Positions 26,293 through 48,100 of a stretch of 64,000 bases of DNA are shown here, piece by piece. Every line of letters starts with the position of its first letter. The first letter of the stretch is position 1. Position numbers and translations under genes: made by a program. This stretch comes from Callorhinchus milii (lineage: Eukaryota). The stretch spans positions 23,686,001 to 23,750,000 of the forward strand of contig NW_024704742.1 in NCBI RefSeq assembly GCF_018977255.1, read 5' to 3'. The notes below the pieces were generated by a model. That model searched no databases. It saw only the letters and a program-made list of their open reading frames with translations, and was not told where the DNA came from.

Positions 26293-27631
26293 GTTTCAAG
26301 TCTGAACTAGATGGATGTTAAAGATGCCATAACATTATTTGAAAAGAGAAGCTAGTTTTTTAAGGCCCACAATCCTCCAGAATAATTGGCTATTGATCTC
26401 ATGACTATTTGTGGGTGGAGCAATTATCTGTCCAGTGTTTTGATGAAATATAAAAATACAGCAAAAACAAATAAAGTTTTTTCTTAATGCACAAAATGTG
26501 TATGCATCTTTGAAGGTTGAGGTGGAGGATTACAATTGGAATTGCTGGAATCTCAATCTTCCTTAATTGCTGAGACATATCAGAGTACGACACAGTATCT
26601 TTGTAAAATGCTTTTGAGATATTCTCTCTGATTATCTGTTATATTTGGCTACAAAATACACAGACACTACACTTGACAGTAAATATTGTGCTTTGGGATC
26701 GTCCTCCTTATTTGAAGGGGTATAGGGGTAATGTAATATTGATTTGTTAATAGCAGAGACATTGTTGTATACTGTACTTAAGTACAAACTGCCCTTGCAG
26801 CTCAGACCACCAGTTGCCAGATATTAAAATAGAATTGTAGCCCAAAGTCAACCAGGTATAAGCCCAAAAATTATGCATTGGCTCCTATGGGGGTAGCAGA
26901 GTGGCCAATTTAGGTCAGTGCTTTTGTAACTGTGTGAAAAAAATCTTCAAGGGATGGGGACATGTTGCAGGCATAAATTAAAAATTAGGGCACCTGCCCA
27001 GAGCAGTCTTCTTTGATGCACAGTGCAACAAAAACACCCCCAAACTGGGTGTGAAAGCCGCCCAATCTGACCAACAACAACAAATTACACGTGTATAGCG
27101 CCTTTCACATCAAGGAGCTGTGCAGTCAGGGGTCCGCACCCAAAGCTGGTGGTTGGGATGGGATTAGGAGGGGTGGGTGGCGGGCAGGGGTAGGAAGCTG
27201 ACCAGAGGCGCGGTCAAAGAGGAGGGTCTCGAGACGGGTCTTGGAGGGTGGGGGCGAGGCGGAGGGACTGCTGTCCATCGGGCACCAAAAAAAAAAAACC
27301 ACAGAAGTGGCTGGGGGGCATTCAGCAGGTCAGCCAGCAGTGTGGAGAGAGGGAACTGGGTGCTGAGTATCCCCACTGACCTAATGCCAACCTCTGCAGC
27401 AGCAGCAGCACCAGCTGTCAATCACTCTGCCCGTCCGCGCTGGCGCTGTCTGTTGGCCGCCGCGCTCTTCTCGCGAGATGTCGGCGCGCGCGCGCGCGCG
27501 GGGGGGGGGGTCGGTGGGGGCGGTGGGGGGGAAGAGGGGGCGGAGCCTGAGTCCCGGGGCACCTGAGAGAGCCGCCAAAAGTCTCGCGAGATCTCCGCCT
27601 CCCCCTCTTCCCAGCTCCCCCCCCGAGCAAC

Positions 27632-36395
<8,764 letters not shown>

Positions 36396-36416
36396 AAATA
36401 CATTTTAAACTTGTGT

Positions 36417-36422
36417 AATAAA
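36417..36422 (+). terminator. RPS3A polyadenylation signal
   Basis: AATAAA 21 nt after the stop codon, with a T-rich downstream element. Confidence 0.85.
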
Positions 36423-37683
36423 ACATCCAAAATCTAACTGGGTACATGTTTTATTTCACCTAACTTTCAGTTGAAAAGCCAGGGGCTCCCCTGTGTGCCA
36501 TCTCACTTCAGCCATGGATACACGCGCTATCTCAGGGAGCCAGTACAGAACCTTGATGTCTTGTTAGACTAACCGTCCTTTAAACCTCCTCTGTGCTATG
36601 GTTTGCTCAGCTTTCTCCTCTCCCCTACCCCCCACCACCCAATCTATAAAATTGCCTGCCACCAGAAGGACATACATACTGCACATGCACCAAGGGACCA
36701 ACTGTCAGTTTGTGTCTATTATATGATAGATTAAAAAACTTAATTTTGCTCATTTAAACCCGAATCACTCAGACCTTGCCAAAACAGCCTAAAATAAAAC
36801 AGGTCACTGGGAACACTCGGCATCTATGGAGAGGAAAGTGAGTTAATGTTTCAGGGCAATGATCTTTTGTCAGAAATGGATGTTGGAAGGGAGCAGCCTA
36901 CCACATGTTTGGCTGAGGGCAACCTTTTCCCATGGTACTAGGTTGCTCATCGCAAAGGGTTGGTGAGCACCTCTGGCAGACCGTGTAGGCAAGTTTATTC
37001 TGATAGATCAGATATTTTAAAGTTACTGGAAGTGAGTGATGAAATTAGTGAAGGGGGTGATCCATTTTGCATGGGAAGCAGTCAAGACATTGATAGCATG
37101 ATGATATAAACCATGGTCTTGTGAGAGAGTTCATGATCCAAGCATATGATACTATTAATACTAGACTGAATGACTTGTAGTTCAGTCTAGATGAACTTTT
37201 TTTTCATATTTTAAGTTTGTATTTGGTTTACAATACAAATAACCTGCTATAGAAATAGTTTAGTCCAGGTACTTCCATAAAATATTAAAGCATTCATGTA
37301 ACATTCCTTGAAACACCTAAAAATGCTGTAAACATTTATTTTTAGTCAATGTGTACACAAACAGCCATAAAATGAACAACCAATTTTATCTGGAGGGTTG
37401 CTACAAGGAGAAATTAGTTTTTTCGCATAGTGCCATGAAAGCTTTATCCACCTGAATGGACAGATTGGAACCTTAGTTTAACATCTCATTTGAAAGATGG
37501 TCTACTTAAATGCAATGTAGTACTTACAGTGGAGTATATCAATTGGGAATACGATCTTACGTTCCAACATAAGGTTGGAACTCACGACCTTATGACTCAG
37601 ACACAATAGTATTTTTTTCTGAGCCAGACAAATGCTGAATACAATCTGACCAGTAACTGACCGCTTAAAACTAGATTAGAGGT

Positions 37684-37963
37684 AATAATAATAATCCTTG
37701 CATTTGATATAGCGTTTTTCACGTCGGGAGGACGTCCCAAAGTGCTTCACAGAACACACTGTAAAGTGAATTGACTATTTGTGGGCGAACGCGGCAGCCA
37801 ATTGCACACAGCAATGTCCCACAAACAGTCGTAGATTGAAAATGACCAATTATTATTGTTTGTTTTTTTGGAGGGATTATTATTAGGCTCTGTGTGGAGT
37901 GAGGAAACTCAGGTCTCTCACTTGCAAAGCGAGTGCTCTAACCACTGAGCTACAGGACTCCAC
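37684..37963 (-). mobile_element. tRNA/Deu SINE
   Basis: Reverse-complement copy with a small internal deletion. Confidence 0.9.
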
Positions 37964-39027
37964 AAAGGTAGTTGTTTCAATATCAAATGTATTGAGGATG
38001 TTTCAGATGCTTTCTTCACAGTAAAATATGGCTCTAGGTTCCAGGATCATAAATTAAATGTTTTTATAGATACAAAACTAAGTCAATGTGTAACAAGTGT
38101 ATATTTTTGTAGGAACTGGCCACAAGGTGGCAATATGAGCCACTTAAACACGAGCAAGCTGTCAAGTGAATTTTTGAAAAGTTGTGGATGTTTTGGACTA
38201 ACAGATAGATCAGTGATGCATGCAATATTAATAGAACTTAAAACATCACCACAGAAAGGCAAGTTAATTCTGTAAAATGGTATCTTAATATCAAGTGATA
38301 TTTGTTCCCCAAATAATACATGTGCACATAAATTAAGAAATAAATATGGTTTATTCAAAAGGTTATAAAGTCATCATTCTTGCAAAAGTGAGCAGTGAAG
38401 AACGCACACCAGAATAATTCAGTACCATCCATAGCCAGTTGTCATTTGACAATAATACCGTATCAGTATTGTAATGCTAGAACTTTTAAAAAAAGCTTTT
38501 TAAAAAGATCAGTAGCTGAAAGATAAGGAACAGGATGTAAATAGGCACTTTTGAGGTTAGTATTAAAGAGAGAGAAAATATAAATGAAAGATGACAGCAC
38601 AAAAGGGAAAACCAGCCCTTTTGATGTCAATATCAGTATGTACAGGCAATTCCTGTTGATGATAATGTGATTGGTGTCTTGCTCTCTGAATCTGCAATGA
38701 AACATCACTACAGCAACATTCATTATGACTGAGTGGCATTGTGGTACAAAAATACAATCTGTAGTGCTCATTAACTGAAGAAAATGTGGATATCCAAGAC
38801 TGACCCATACACCTACCCAAGTGACTGCAGTGCATCCAAATTCACAACTGTGGAATCCATTTGATTGACTTCATCTCAAGGGTTAATTCATTCCAGTTTT
38901 TGGTCACCTTCAGTACAAATGGTCATTGAGCTCTTTTTGGTCACCTTCAGTACAAAAGGTCACGGAGCATGATTGATAAAATTCAGTCATGCTCTGCTTT
39001 ACCACTTCAGCACAAGTGAAGGAAAAG

Positions 39028-39147
39028 TCACAATGGCTCTTGAACAATTTGGACAAAGTTCCTGGGAAAAATTCCCTCTTTTCCCAGTAGTTCTCCTTTC
39101 ATCCAATCAGCATCTATTGATTCCAACTCGACAATCATATCTCCAAC
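39028..39147 (-). CDS. SH3D19: SH3D19 last coding exon (SH3 #5 C-terminal half)
   Basis: [39 protein letters not shown]. Confidence 0.93.
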   Translation of the reverse strand, partial: VGDMIVELESIDADWMKGELLGKEGIFPRNFVQIVQEPL

Positions 39148-42100
39148 CTTGAAATAAAAAGATCATTGCTTACAATAAAGATGGATGCCATTTCATTTTA
39201 TAAGTACCAGGTTCCATGCAGCACGGCAGAAGCTAAGGGTTGTGATAAACATGAGGCTATATTGGCAATATTTTCATGGACATATCTCTACCAAATTGTC
39301 CAAGCAAGGAAATCAGATTTATGTAAATGATTGGTATCTCGTGGGTAAAGTCACTATTCAGTAGTACGGGACTATAGAGAGAAACAAAATCTCAGGTTTT
39401 CGGTTTAAGTCTAGGATGGTAGTTTGAGGTGTTCATATTTAAGTCCTAATCACAATCCAGAAACTGCTGGAAGATGAGTGTGTGGATGGGAGTGTACAGG
39501 GTCATCCTGAGATGGGATAACTCCTGTGGTCAAAATAACCAGCCAACAATCGGTGCCATATCACACAGCAATAAAGACACCTGGAGGCCAACAAGCACTT
39601 GATGGAATCATATCCCAGTGGAAGCTGAACATCTTTAGGAAAGGAGATTTTTTTTTAAAAAAAGGCGGAAAATTGGATCACTTGATAATGGAATCAGCAT
39701 GAAACAGGACTACAAACAATTGTAATAAAGAGGAAGTGGGTGACGCAGTGGATTGAATATTTTACCCTTCCACTTCTAATATAATAAAAATAATCCTTGC
39801 ATTATTTATAGCGCTTTTCACGTCGGGAGGACGTCCCAAAGCGCTTCACAGAACACACTGTAAAGTGAATTGACTGTATATTTGTGGGCGAACGCGGCAG
39901 CCAATTGTGCACAGCAATGTCCCACAAACAGTCGTAGATTGAAAATGACCAATTTAATTATTGTTTGTGGTTTTTGGAGGGATTATTATTAGGCGTGTGG
40001 AGTAAGGAAACTTGCCCAAGGTTTCGCCCTCTGCCTGGAATTGAACTCAGGTCTCTCGCTTGCAAAGCGAGTGCTCTAACCACTGAGCTACAGGACTCCA
40101 CTTCTGTAAATTCTGTAAATAGTGAAGATAATAATAATCCTTGCAATTGATCTAGCACCTTACCTTTGAGAAGTCTCAAAGCTCTTTACAGAATATACTG
40201 TAAAGTGAATTGATTGTATATTTTGTGGGCAAAACACAGCAGCTGATTGCGGACAGCAGTGTCCCACAAACATGGATTAAGTGACCAAATTATTATTATT
40301 TTTTTGAAGGGTTTATTACCCCCAGAAAAACAATCCGCCAATTGACTAACAGCCAATTGACTACTTACTGCGAGGTAAACGGAGGCATGTGGAGTAATGA
40401 AGCTTCCCAAATGTAGATGGTTCCAATGGAGGCTGTAGCACAGCATAGGATTGAACGATTTGTGTGAAATGTCAGATTTCATCAGATAAAAATGAAGACT
40501 TATTGTTTTAAATAGTTTAAAGAATTGTTGGAAAATTGCTGAATTACTGTACTTCTGCCTTCCATTCCTGGGAAAGGTTTCTACCACCTAAATAAAGGAT
40601 TCAACAGGAGACAAATTATACTGTATTGTATTGAGGCACATCATACCTTAAAAGTGAGCTCATCTTCATTCTCCCCTGCAAAATCATACAATGCCTTGGC
40701 TTTGCCTCTCTTGTTCCCCAAAGTTTGTTTTACTGAATTCACGGTTCCTGAAGAAAAAAGTAGCCATAAAGTCACTGATTTATCCTGAATGACTGCACAA
40801 ATATTCAGAATGAAAATTGAGAATTTTGCTAATCCTCGGTGTCACGAACTCCCAGGTTCACGACGATAGTACCTGAACAGAACTGAACAAACGCAGTCGG
40901 GAATATTCCCTCGTGCCCATTCAGTTTCCCTTTGTACCACTCAGCATCTAGCTGTTCCATGATCAGAATCCGATCTCCTTGTTTAAATGACAGGTCATCA
41001 GGATCCTCCGCTTTGAAATCATAAAGTGCTTCACACCACTCTGTGCCCAAGTCTTCAATCTGCAGCAATTACAGTACAAAATCGGATCAGTGTGCTATCA
41101 GCAGAAAAAGAGCTTTCTTATGGCCTAATGCACAGACAAGTGCAGCAATAAAGTCCTCATAAATAAATAATACAATAAGCCTTGCTTTTGATACAGCGGT
41201 TTTCACATCTTCTAGACATCTCAAAGCGCTTCACGGAATATACTGTAAAGTGAATTGACTATATATTTGTGGGCGAAACGCAGCAGCCAATTGCGCACAG
41301 CAGTGTCTCAAATAGTCGTGGATTCAAGTGATCAATTTTATTTATTTTTTTCTTGAGGGTTTATTATCAAGTGTGTAGATTAAGTAAATTTGCCCAAGGT
41401 TTCGCCCTGCCAGGAATCAAGCCCAGATGTCTCGCTTGGAAGGTGAGTGCTCTAACCACTGAGCTACAGGTCTCCCATAGATCAGAAGACCTTACAGTCG
41501 AATCTAGGCCTGTGCCGACAGCAGCTGGGCTCAGCCAAGGTGGAGGATGAAGCAGTTCAATTGACCTCAGGAGAAACAGACACCCATTACTTAAGTGACC
41601 CATCTTTATGAGTGACCTTTGACAATGCTGATAAGTTAGACAGCATCAAGGCAGGTCAGATCTTGTTCTCATCAGGTATCCACACACATTCAACTCCATT
41701 AAGGATCTCTGTTTAGCAGGGAACCCAGGCTAATTTGAACCCCTCTTCACCACTACCACCATTTCCATGGATAAGATCAGTTAACTAAGAATCAAAATCG
41801 GAATCTGTATAGCTTAGGGCAGACCCACACGGGCACATTTTTCTACAGGTTTACTTGCGAATGCGCAGGTTTACCTAGAAAATCCTAAAGTACTTTTAAT
41901 TGAAAAAAATCCAACTCTAGTACGTCTCAATTGATTTCTTCACAAAGATCTATTTAACTTCCTCTTAAATTTGCTAACAAACTGTCCCGTCTCCAACTTC
42001 AGAACTCCATTCTTTTTCCAAAGTAATGAAATCTAAATGACCTGTTCTGCTCTCGAATCACGACCCTACTCTGTAGCATGCGACTGTGGTGATAGTTGAG

Positions 42101-45100
42101 AACTGCCTTGCCTTTTCGAATGTGATGTAACCATGTTATAACCGGACGGTTGGAATACATTAACCTGCAACTCAATTTATAAAACATACTATAATTGGAC
42201 ATTTACGTCATGCCTGTGTATGGCTTATTGCTGTGCACAAATTGGCTGCTTAACCAGCACAGTCACTAAACTTTGCAGTAAATCCTGCTGAAGAGCTTTG
42301 AAATATTGTCCCAACGTGAAAATCACAAAATCAAATGCGAGGATATTAATAACGCAATGTGATCACCAGTTAGTGCTTCCGCATCATGAAATCACCAAAC
42401 ATATGAGAGATGATGGTCCTGTGCACGTGAAAACTGCTGGCCTCAAAATACAGAGCCTTGCTTGCTCTAGCAGGTTTGATTGTGTACTGTTGTGTTTTGC
42501 TGTGGTACACAACCAACCCAATATTGCGGGCAGATTAGGTCGCACATACCCAGTGCAGGAAACTAGCTGTGGGTCCACAGTGCATCTGCTTTATAAGCAA
42601 AGCATAATTATAAGAGTTATTGTTTGATGTAATATTTTAACATCCACTTCAACAGGTAGCCAGAACCTTGTTTAAACATCTTGGACAAACAAGGGAGGGC
42701 CGCACCAATGCAGGGCTCTTCAGCAGTTCATCAATTACTGTGTCCAATACCAACTTGAGCTGAGGCTCAAGTTGGTATTGGGACACAGTAATTCAGATGA
42801 AATGACTGCAGACAACTTAGCTATAACAAAGCTGGATCTTTCACTCAAAAACAGTGTTACCTGACTGGTCACGGGGGTATCTTCTGTCTTGCCACTCACA
42901 GACATGCCAAACCTAAGGAAAGATAGTTTTAACGTAAGTTTCCAGACTACACAAGGTTTATCTTGCTGACAGTAAAAAGATAATTTCAAAGTTTCAGACC
43001 ACTGACAGGAGCACATGGCTCTTGACAAGATGGTGTCAAGTTTGAATGCTGGGGAAGCCCCATCACTGAAATCAGCCCACGGGGCTGCTACTGAATTCCT
43101 GGAAGCTGCACAGAATAAAGGCATCCTTCTCATAGGCCATCTTGTCCAATATCATGTAGATAGATGCATCAGATAATGAGCTCTCACATTTCCAATGTAA
43201 ATCCTTCCTACATACCCTGAAACTATCCCCTAAGCTTGGTAACGTGCACCTAATACTTTGTGGAATTGGGTAAGTGGGGGTGCATTCCATACTAAACATA
43301 GGGAAATTAACAGGTGCATGCGTATGTGGACATCTTTGTCTGATTTGAATGCAGAACTCTTAAACAAGATGATGGGATTTCACAGGTGTCAGACCCTTAG
43401 AGAGGGATTTCACAGGTGTCAGACCCTAAAAGAGAGATGCTGCAATTGGATAGTGGCTCGCAGTGGCAATGAAAGGCCAATGGGACAATTCTCCATTTCA
43501 ACTGTCAATCATTAATCCACAGAAACCCAGCAGTGTCCACCAGCAAGACAGACACATGGCTTTAAGAATGACTTTTCTTGCACATGTTAGGAGTGTCATC
43601 AGAACCAGTGCGAAACAGTAACCCCTAAGATAAGCACATCTGAGTAACCCAGACTAACAGAGTGCACTTACCCGAGGACACCGATGTGTTCTGCGATGGC
43701 TGCAATACTGGCATCGGGAGGTCCTCGATAATCTCTACAAAATTCAGAGGAAACGTTCCAACGTGACCTTTCAGTTGTCCTCGAACCCATTCCTCATTCA
43801 AATACTCTTTCAGTGCAATAACATCTCCTTCGAAGAAAGTAAGCTCATCAGGCTGCTCTCCCTCAAAGTCAAAACGAGCCACACATCGAGGTCCTCTGTG
43901 TAATAGGCAGAACGTCAGAGAGCACAGTATCCACATCACAGCCCAACGGACTGTTGAAACCTCACATTTACGACCAACGGCTTAAACATGTTCACTTTTC
44001 TAAAAACTACCTTATATACGGGAAGTATGGATAAAATAAAGGACACTTACAACAACTTGCATTTATATAGTGCCGTTCACGAAGAATGTTCTCTGAGCGC
44101 TTTAAAGTGGAGGGGATGGATGCCAAGCAGGGTAAGGGGGGAGAGGAGGAGGTGACAGTGGATATGGTTGAAGAGGCAGGTCTTAAGGCGCGACTTGAAG
44201 ACAGAAAGGGAGTAAATCAAAAAATAATAACGCTATCAAATGATTAAAATCCACCACATTTAAGATTCAATTTGGTAAGAAGTTAAACTAAAGACAGCTT
44301 CACAATTATAGAGGTATTGAAGCCAACCTGGTAAGCGAGGATGACTTATTCACAACTTTCTTCGTATTTCTTTCCTGTAAGCCACTTGCAGGGAGGTCAA
44401 CCTGGCCAAAAATAAATTAACTGGTTGGTACACTACTTATTCTCATCAAAGATAATATTCCTTGCATTTGAGATTAGTGTTTTATCGTGTTTTATCAAGG
44501 CATTTCAAAAGATTTACTGTAAAGTGTAATGGCTTTGCATTGGTATGTGAACGTATGTTAAGATAAAATAAGTATGGTCAGAAGTTTAACAAACATTTGC
44601 TTTCTCCCTTGATGGTATAGTGGGTAAAGGCAATCCCCTAATGACTCACATCCACAGTAAAACAATAATAATCCTTACATTTGTCATGTCAAGAGGATGC
44701 CCCAAAGCAATTCACAAGATATACTGTAAAGTGTGCTGACTACGTAAGTTTCAGCCAATTTGAGTTTATCAATGTTCCACAAACATCCATGGAGTGAGTG
44801 ATCAATTTGATTAGCGGGCTAACTGGCCAGGATACGCTGAGAGACGTTCTTTTTTTTTTTTGAGTAGTGCCATGGGATCTGTAACATCCACCTGAACAGG
44901 CAGATGGGGCTTGTTTAATGTCTGATCTGAAGGACGGCACCTCCGACAATGCAGCACCCCCCCACCCCACATTGGAGTATCAGCTCACACCATGTGATTC
45001 GGAGTCCCGATGTTGGGTTTGAACCCACAACCTTATGACTCAGAATAAGCTGATGCACAGTAAAAATAGAAGGCACATGTACCTCATGAATTGCATTGAA

Positions 45101-48100
45101 CTTGCCAAGGGAGAAAGTTTGAAAGATCTGGGGTGAAGCAGGTTATAAATATTAATTGGTTTGAGAATATCACTCGGTAACAAACTGTTCACTAGCCAGT
45201 GTGTAAACATGAGGTTATGAGGTTTCTTCCCCTAATTTCTGGATCTATGTTAAGATCCAGGCATTTGACAAATTACACAGATATGGCAAATCAGCAACTT
45301 ACAACAACTTTGACAAAGCTAGCAGGGAAAATTCCAGTATGTCCCTTGCATTTTCCACTGAACCAGTCTTTATCCAGTTTTTCCAGCAAATACACAGCAT
45401 CTCCGGCCTTCAGATTCAGCTCATCATTTTGCTCTGAGGGAAAAGAGAAACAGACACTCTGGTCAGTGCATCTCCACTGAATTATATATAGTTGAACCCA
45501 TTCCCTTCGGACCTGGATGAGATCAAAGAGTGAGAGGATTACAGCTTCATCTGCTTGAACCACTCTTACCATTTTTAAATTACAGTTCCTGCAGTACTGA
45601 TTATGGCTAGGTAGAGGCAACAACAACATTACATTTGTATAGCGCCTTTCATGTTGGGAGAATGTTCCAAGGCGCTGGACAGAGTACAGCATTTCATACC
45701 TGAGCTGGGGTTGGGGGGGGGAAGGGAGGGGAAGGGGGTGGCCCATGGCATGGTTGAAGACGAGGGTCTTGAGGCAGGACTTGAAGGAGGCTAAGGCATT
45801 GACCAGCCTTCACTCATTAAATTCTCACCTCACCCGGGTCCTTACCTGCTATAAAGTCATGCAGCACTGTTGCGTGGGGAGCATTTCGGTCTCCATCTGG
45901 CTGTCTCTGCGGAGAAGGTTTCTAACAAAACATAATAGGGCACAGATGAGATTACAGGACAAGATGATTTGTACAGTACATAAACCTAGCCAATTGCCAG
46001 CAACTGAACTTCCTCTTCTTTGAATCTTTGAAGAGTTACAATTCAGAACAATCCTAATCCCAAAACTACTGGGAAGTTTATCACATTAACTTTATTCCTT
46101 TCTCGTCTGTCCATCCGTTTGTCTCCCATCTCGTCCCACCCACCCACACCGAATACCACCAAAAGGAAGTAAAATTTCCCTAAGAAGATTATTCTAGCTT
46201 TCCTTCAGGTTTTAAACAACTACACCCCTAACCTCTGAAAATCACTCCCTCTAACCTCTCCAACTCACCCCCTTTCTATCAGTCTTTAAAGTCCTGCCTA
46301 AAATCCTACTTCTTCAACCTTGCCTATTGTCACTCCCCCCCCCCGACTCACTCAGCATCTAATAGAGTCTGAAGTGCTCTAAAACGTTATCCTATGTGAA
46401 AGATGCTATATAAAATAGGTTGATGCGTTGGAAATGGGTTTACCGACCTTTCCTGACACCTTCACTTGTTCATCATCCAATGGAGTGATTATTGTCATAT
46501 GAGACTGAAGAACCTTGCCAGTCTCAAGGCCCTTCTGGCACCGGAGAGTCTTGCCATCAACACGACGCTGGAGAACAAGAACGTCGCCACGCTATCAATA
46601 GAGAGAAAGACAGACAGATGGTTCAGTCTTGGGGTTTTCCTTGCATTTAAGCTAGCCGTAAGTAGGAGCCCAATTGTTAGTCAATTGGCAGATCGCCTTT
46701 CCGGGAGTGATAATCCCTTCAAAATAAATGAAAAATAAAAACAATAATTTGGTCATTCAATCCATGACTGTTTGTGGGTCACTGCTGTGTGCAATTGGCT
46801 GCCGCATTTTGCCTACAAGATACAGTCAATTCACTTTATGATATATTCTGTGAAGATCTTCTGGACGTCTCAAAGACACGATAAAGCACTATATCAAATG
46901 CAAGGATTATTATTATTATTATCATTTAATACTCCAGATTATCAACAAAAAATTTTCACCAACAACAATCCAAGCTGGGTGCACAAATCAATGATATTTA
47001 TGTTCTCACAGAATAAGTTTATTTTTTTTCAATGATGGCAGAAAAATGCTCCTTTGTTCCCCAATTCTCTCTCCAACTCCAGTCTACTTGGTTCCAATGG
47101 GATCTTCGTCACTGTTGTCAAATGGGAATTGTTCATGTGTAAGTCTGGACAGTGAGTGTCATCCAATATCTACCTAAATCTCTCACAAGCACATGCACAC
47201 ATTTTCTAGCTGAGATACTACGCAGAGCAGTAATCTTGGTTGTTTTCCTCTCTTGCCCATGGGTGAAAACCCAATTTCAGCACCCAAACATGGTAAATAT
47301 GGTAGGAATTCAGCTCAAGGACTTTCAAACTAAATGAACCATTGAATCATTTTCCTCCTGCATTCTTCCCCTCACCCAAACAGGAGCCCAGTTTTTTGGG
47401 TCACTTCATAAACACTGTACCTCTGAAACTGGAATACAACCAAATGCCTTTTCATTGCCAATAGCACATCAATAATGCAGATTGTAGAAATAGGTGCACT
47501 GGCCACCTCACCTGGAAGGACAGGTCTCCCGAGACCTTGGAATTGACCTCACACTCAGCAATCCCATGCGGCACTGGCAGCTAGGAAGAAGTAAAATAAC
47601 AAGCTCAGAATTGCCCATTCCAACATGAACATCTGGTCTCGAAGCTCCATATTATGCACTCTCAGAGCCCCAGGCCACCTGCATGAAACCCATTCTACAG
47701 TACAAACATTAATAGGTTTGTGATAAAAATATAGTCAAAACGGTTTTCAACAACCTCTCAGGGCAATGGGCAAACAACAACAACAAAATTACATTTATAG
47801 AGCAACTTTCACATCAGGAGGACGTCCCAAAGCGCTGAACAGTCAGGGGTCGGGGCCCAAGCATGGGGGAGGTGTGGTGTAGGGGTGAGGGAAGGCAGAG
47901 ACGTGGGAGAGTGACAAAAGGCACGAACGAAGAGAAGGGTCTTGAGACCGACCTTGAAGGAGGCAAGGGAGGAAGCAAGGCGAAGGGACTGTGGGATGGA
48001 GTTCCAGAGTGTGGGGGCAGAGAGGCTGAAAGTCTAGCCACTGATGGTAGGGTGGGTCGGGCGAGAGACATGGAGCAGACCAGAGCTCACTGAACGGAGG

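Larger units (their letters stand above)
20760..27450 (-). pseudogene. Putative decayed multi-exon protein-coding gene of unknown family, divergent from RPS3A
   Basis: Exon-like blocks on the - strand at 26778-26929, 26508-26635, ~22750-25283 (split by L2 and SINE insertions), 22506-22634, 22167-22357, 21687-21907, 21230-21441 and <=21046. All have AG acceptors and most have GT donors. Intron phases are compatible after a few frameshift corrections; translations are protein-like with scattered stops. Confidence 0.6.
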
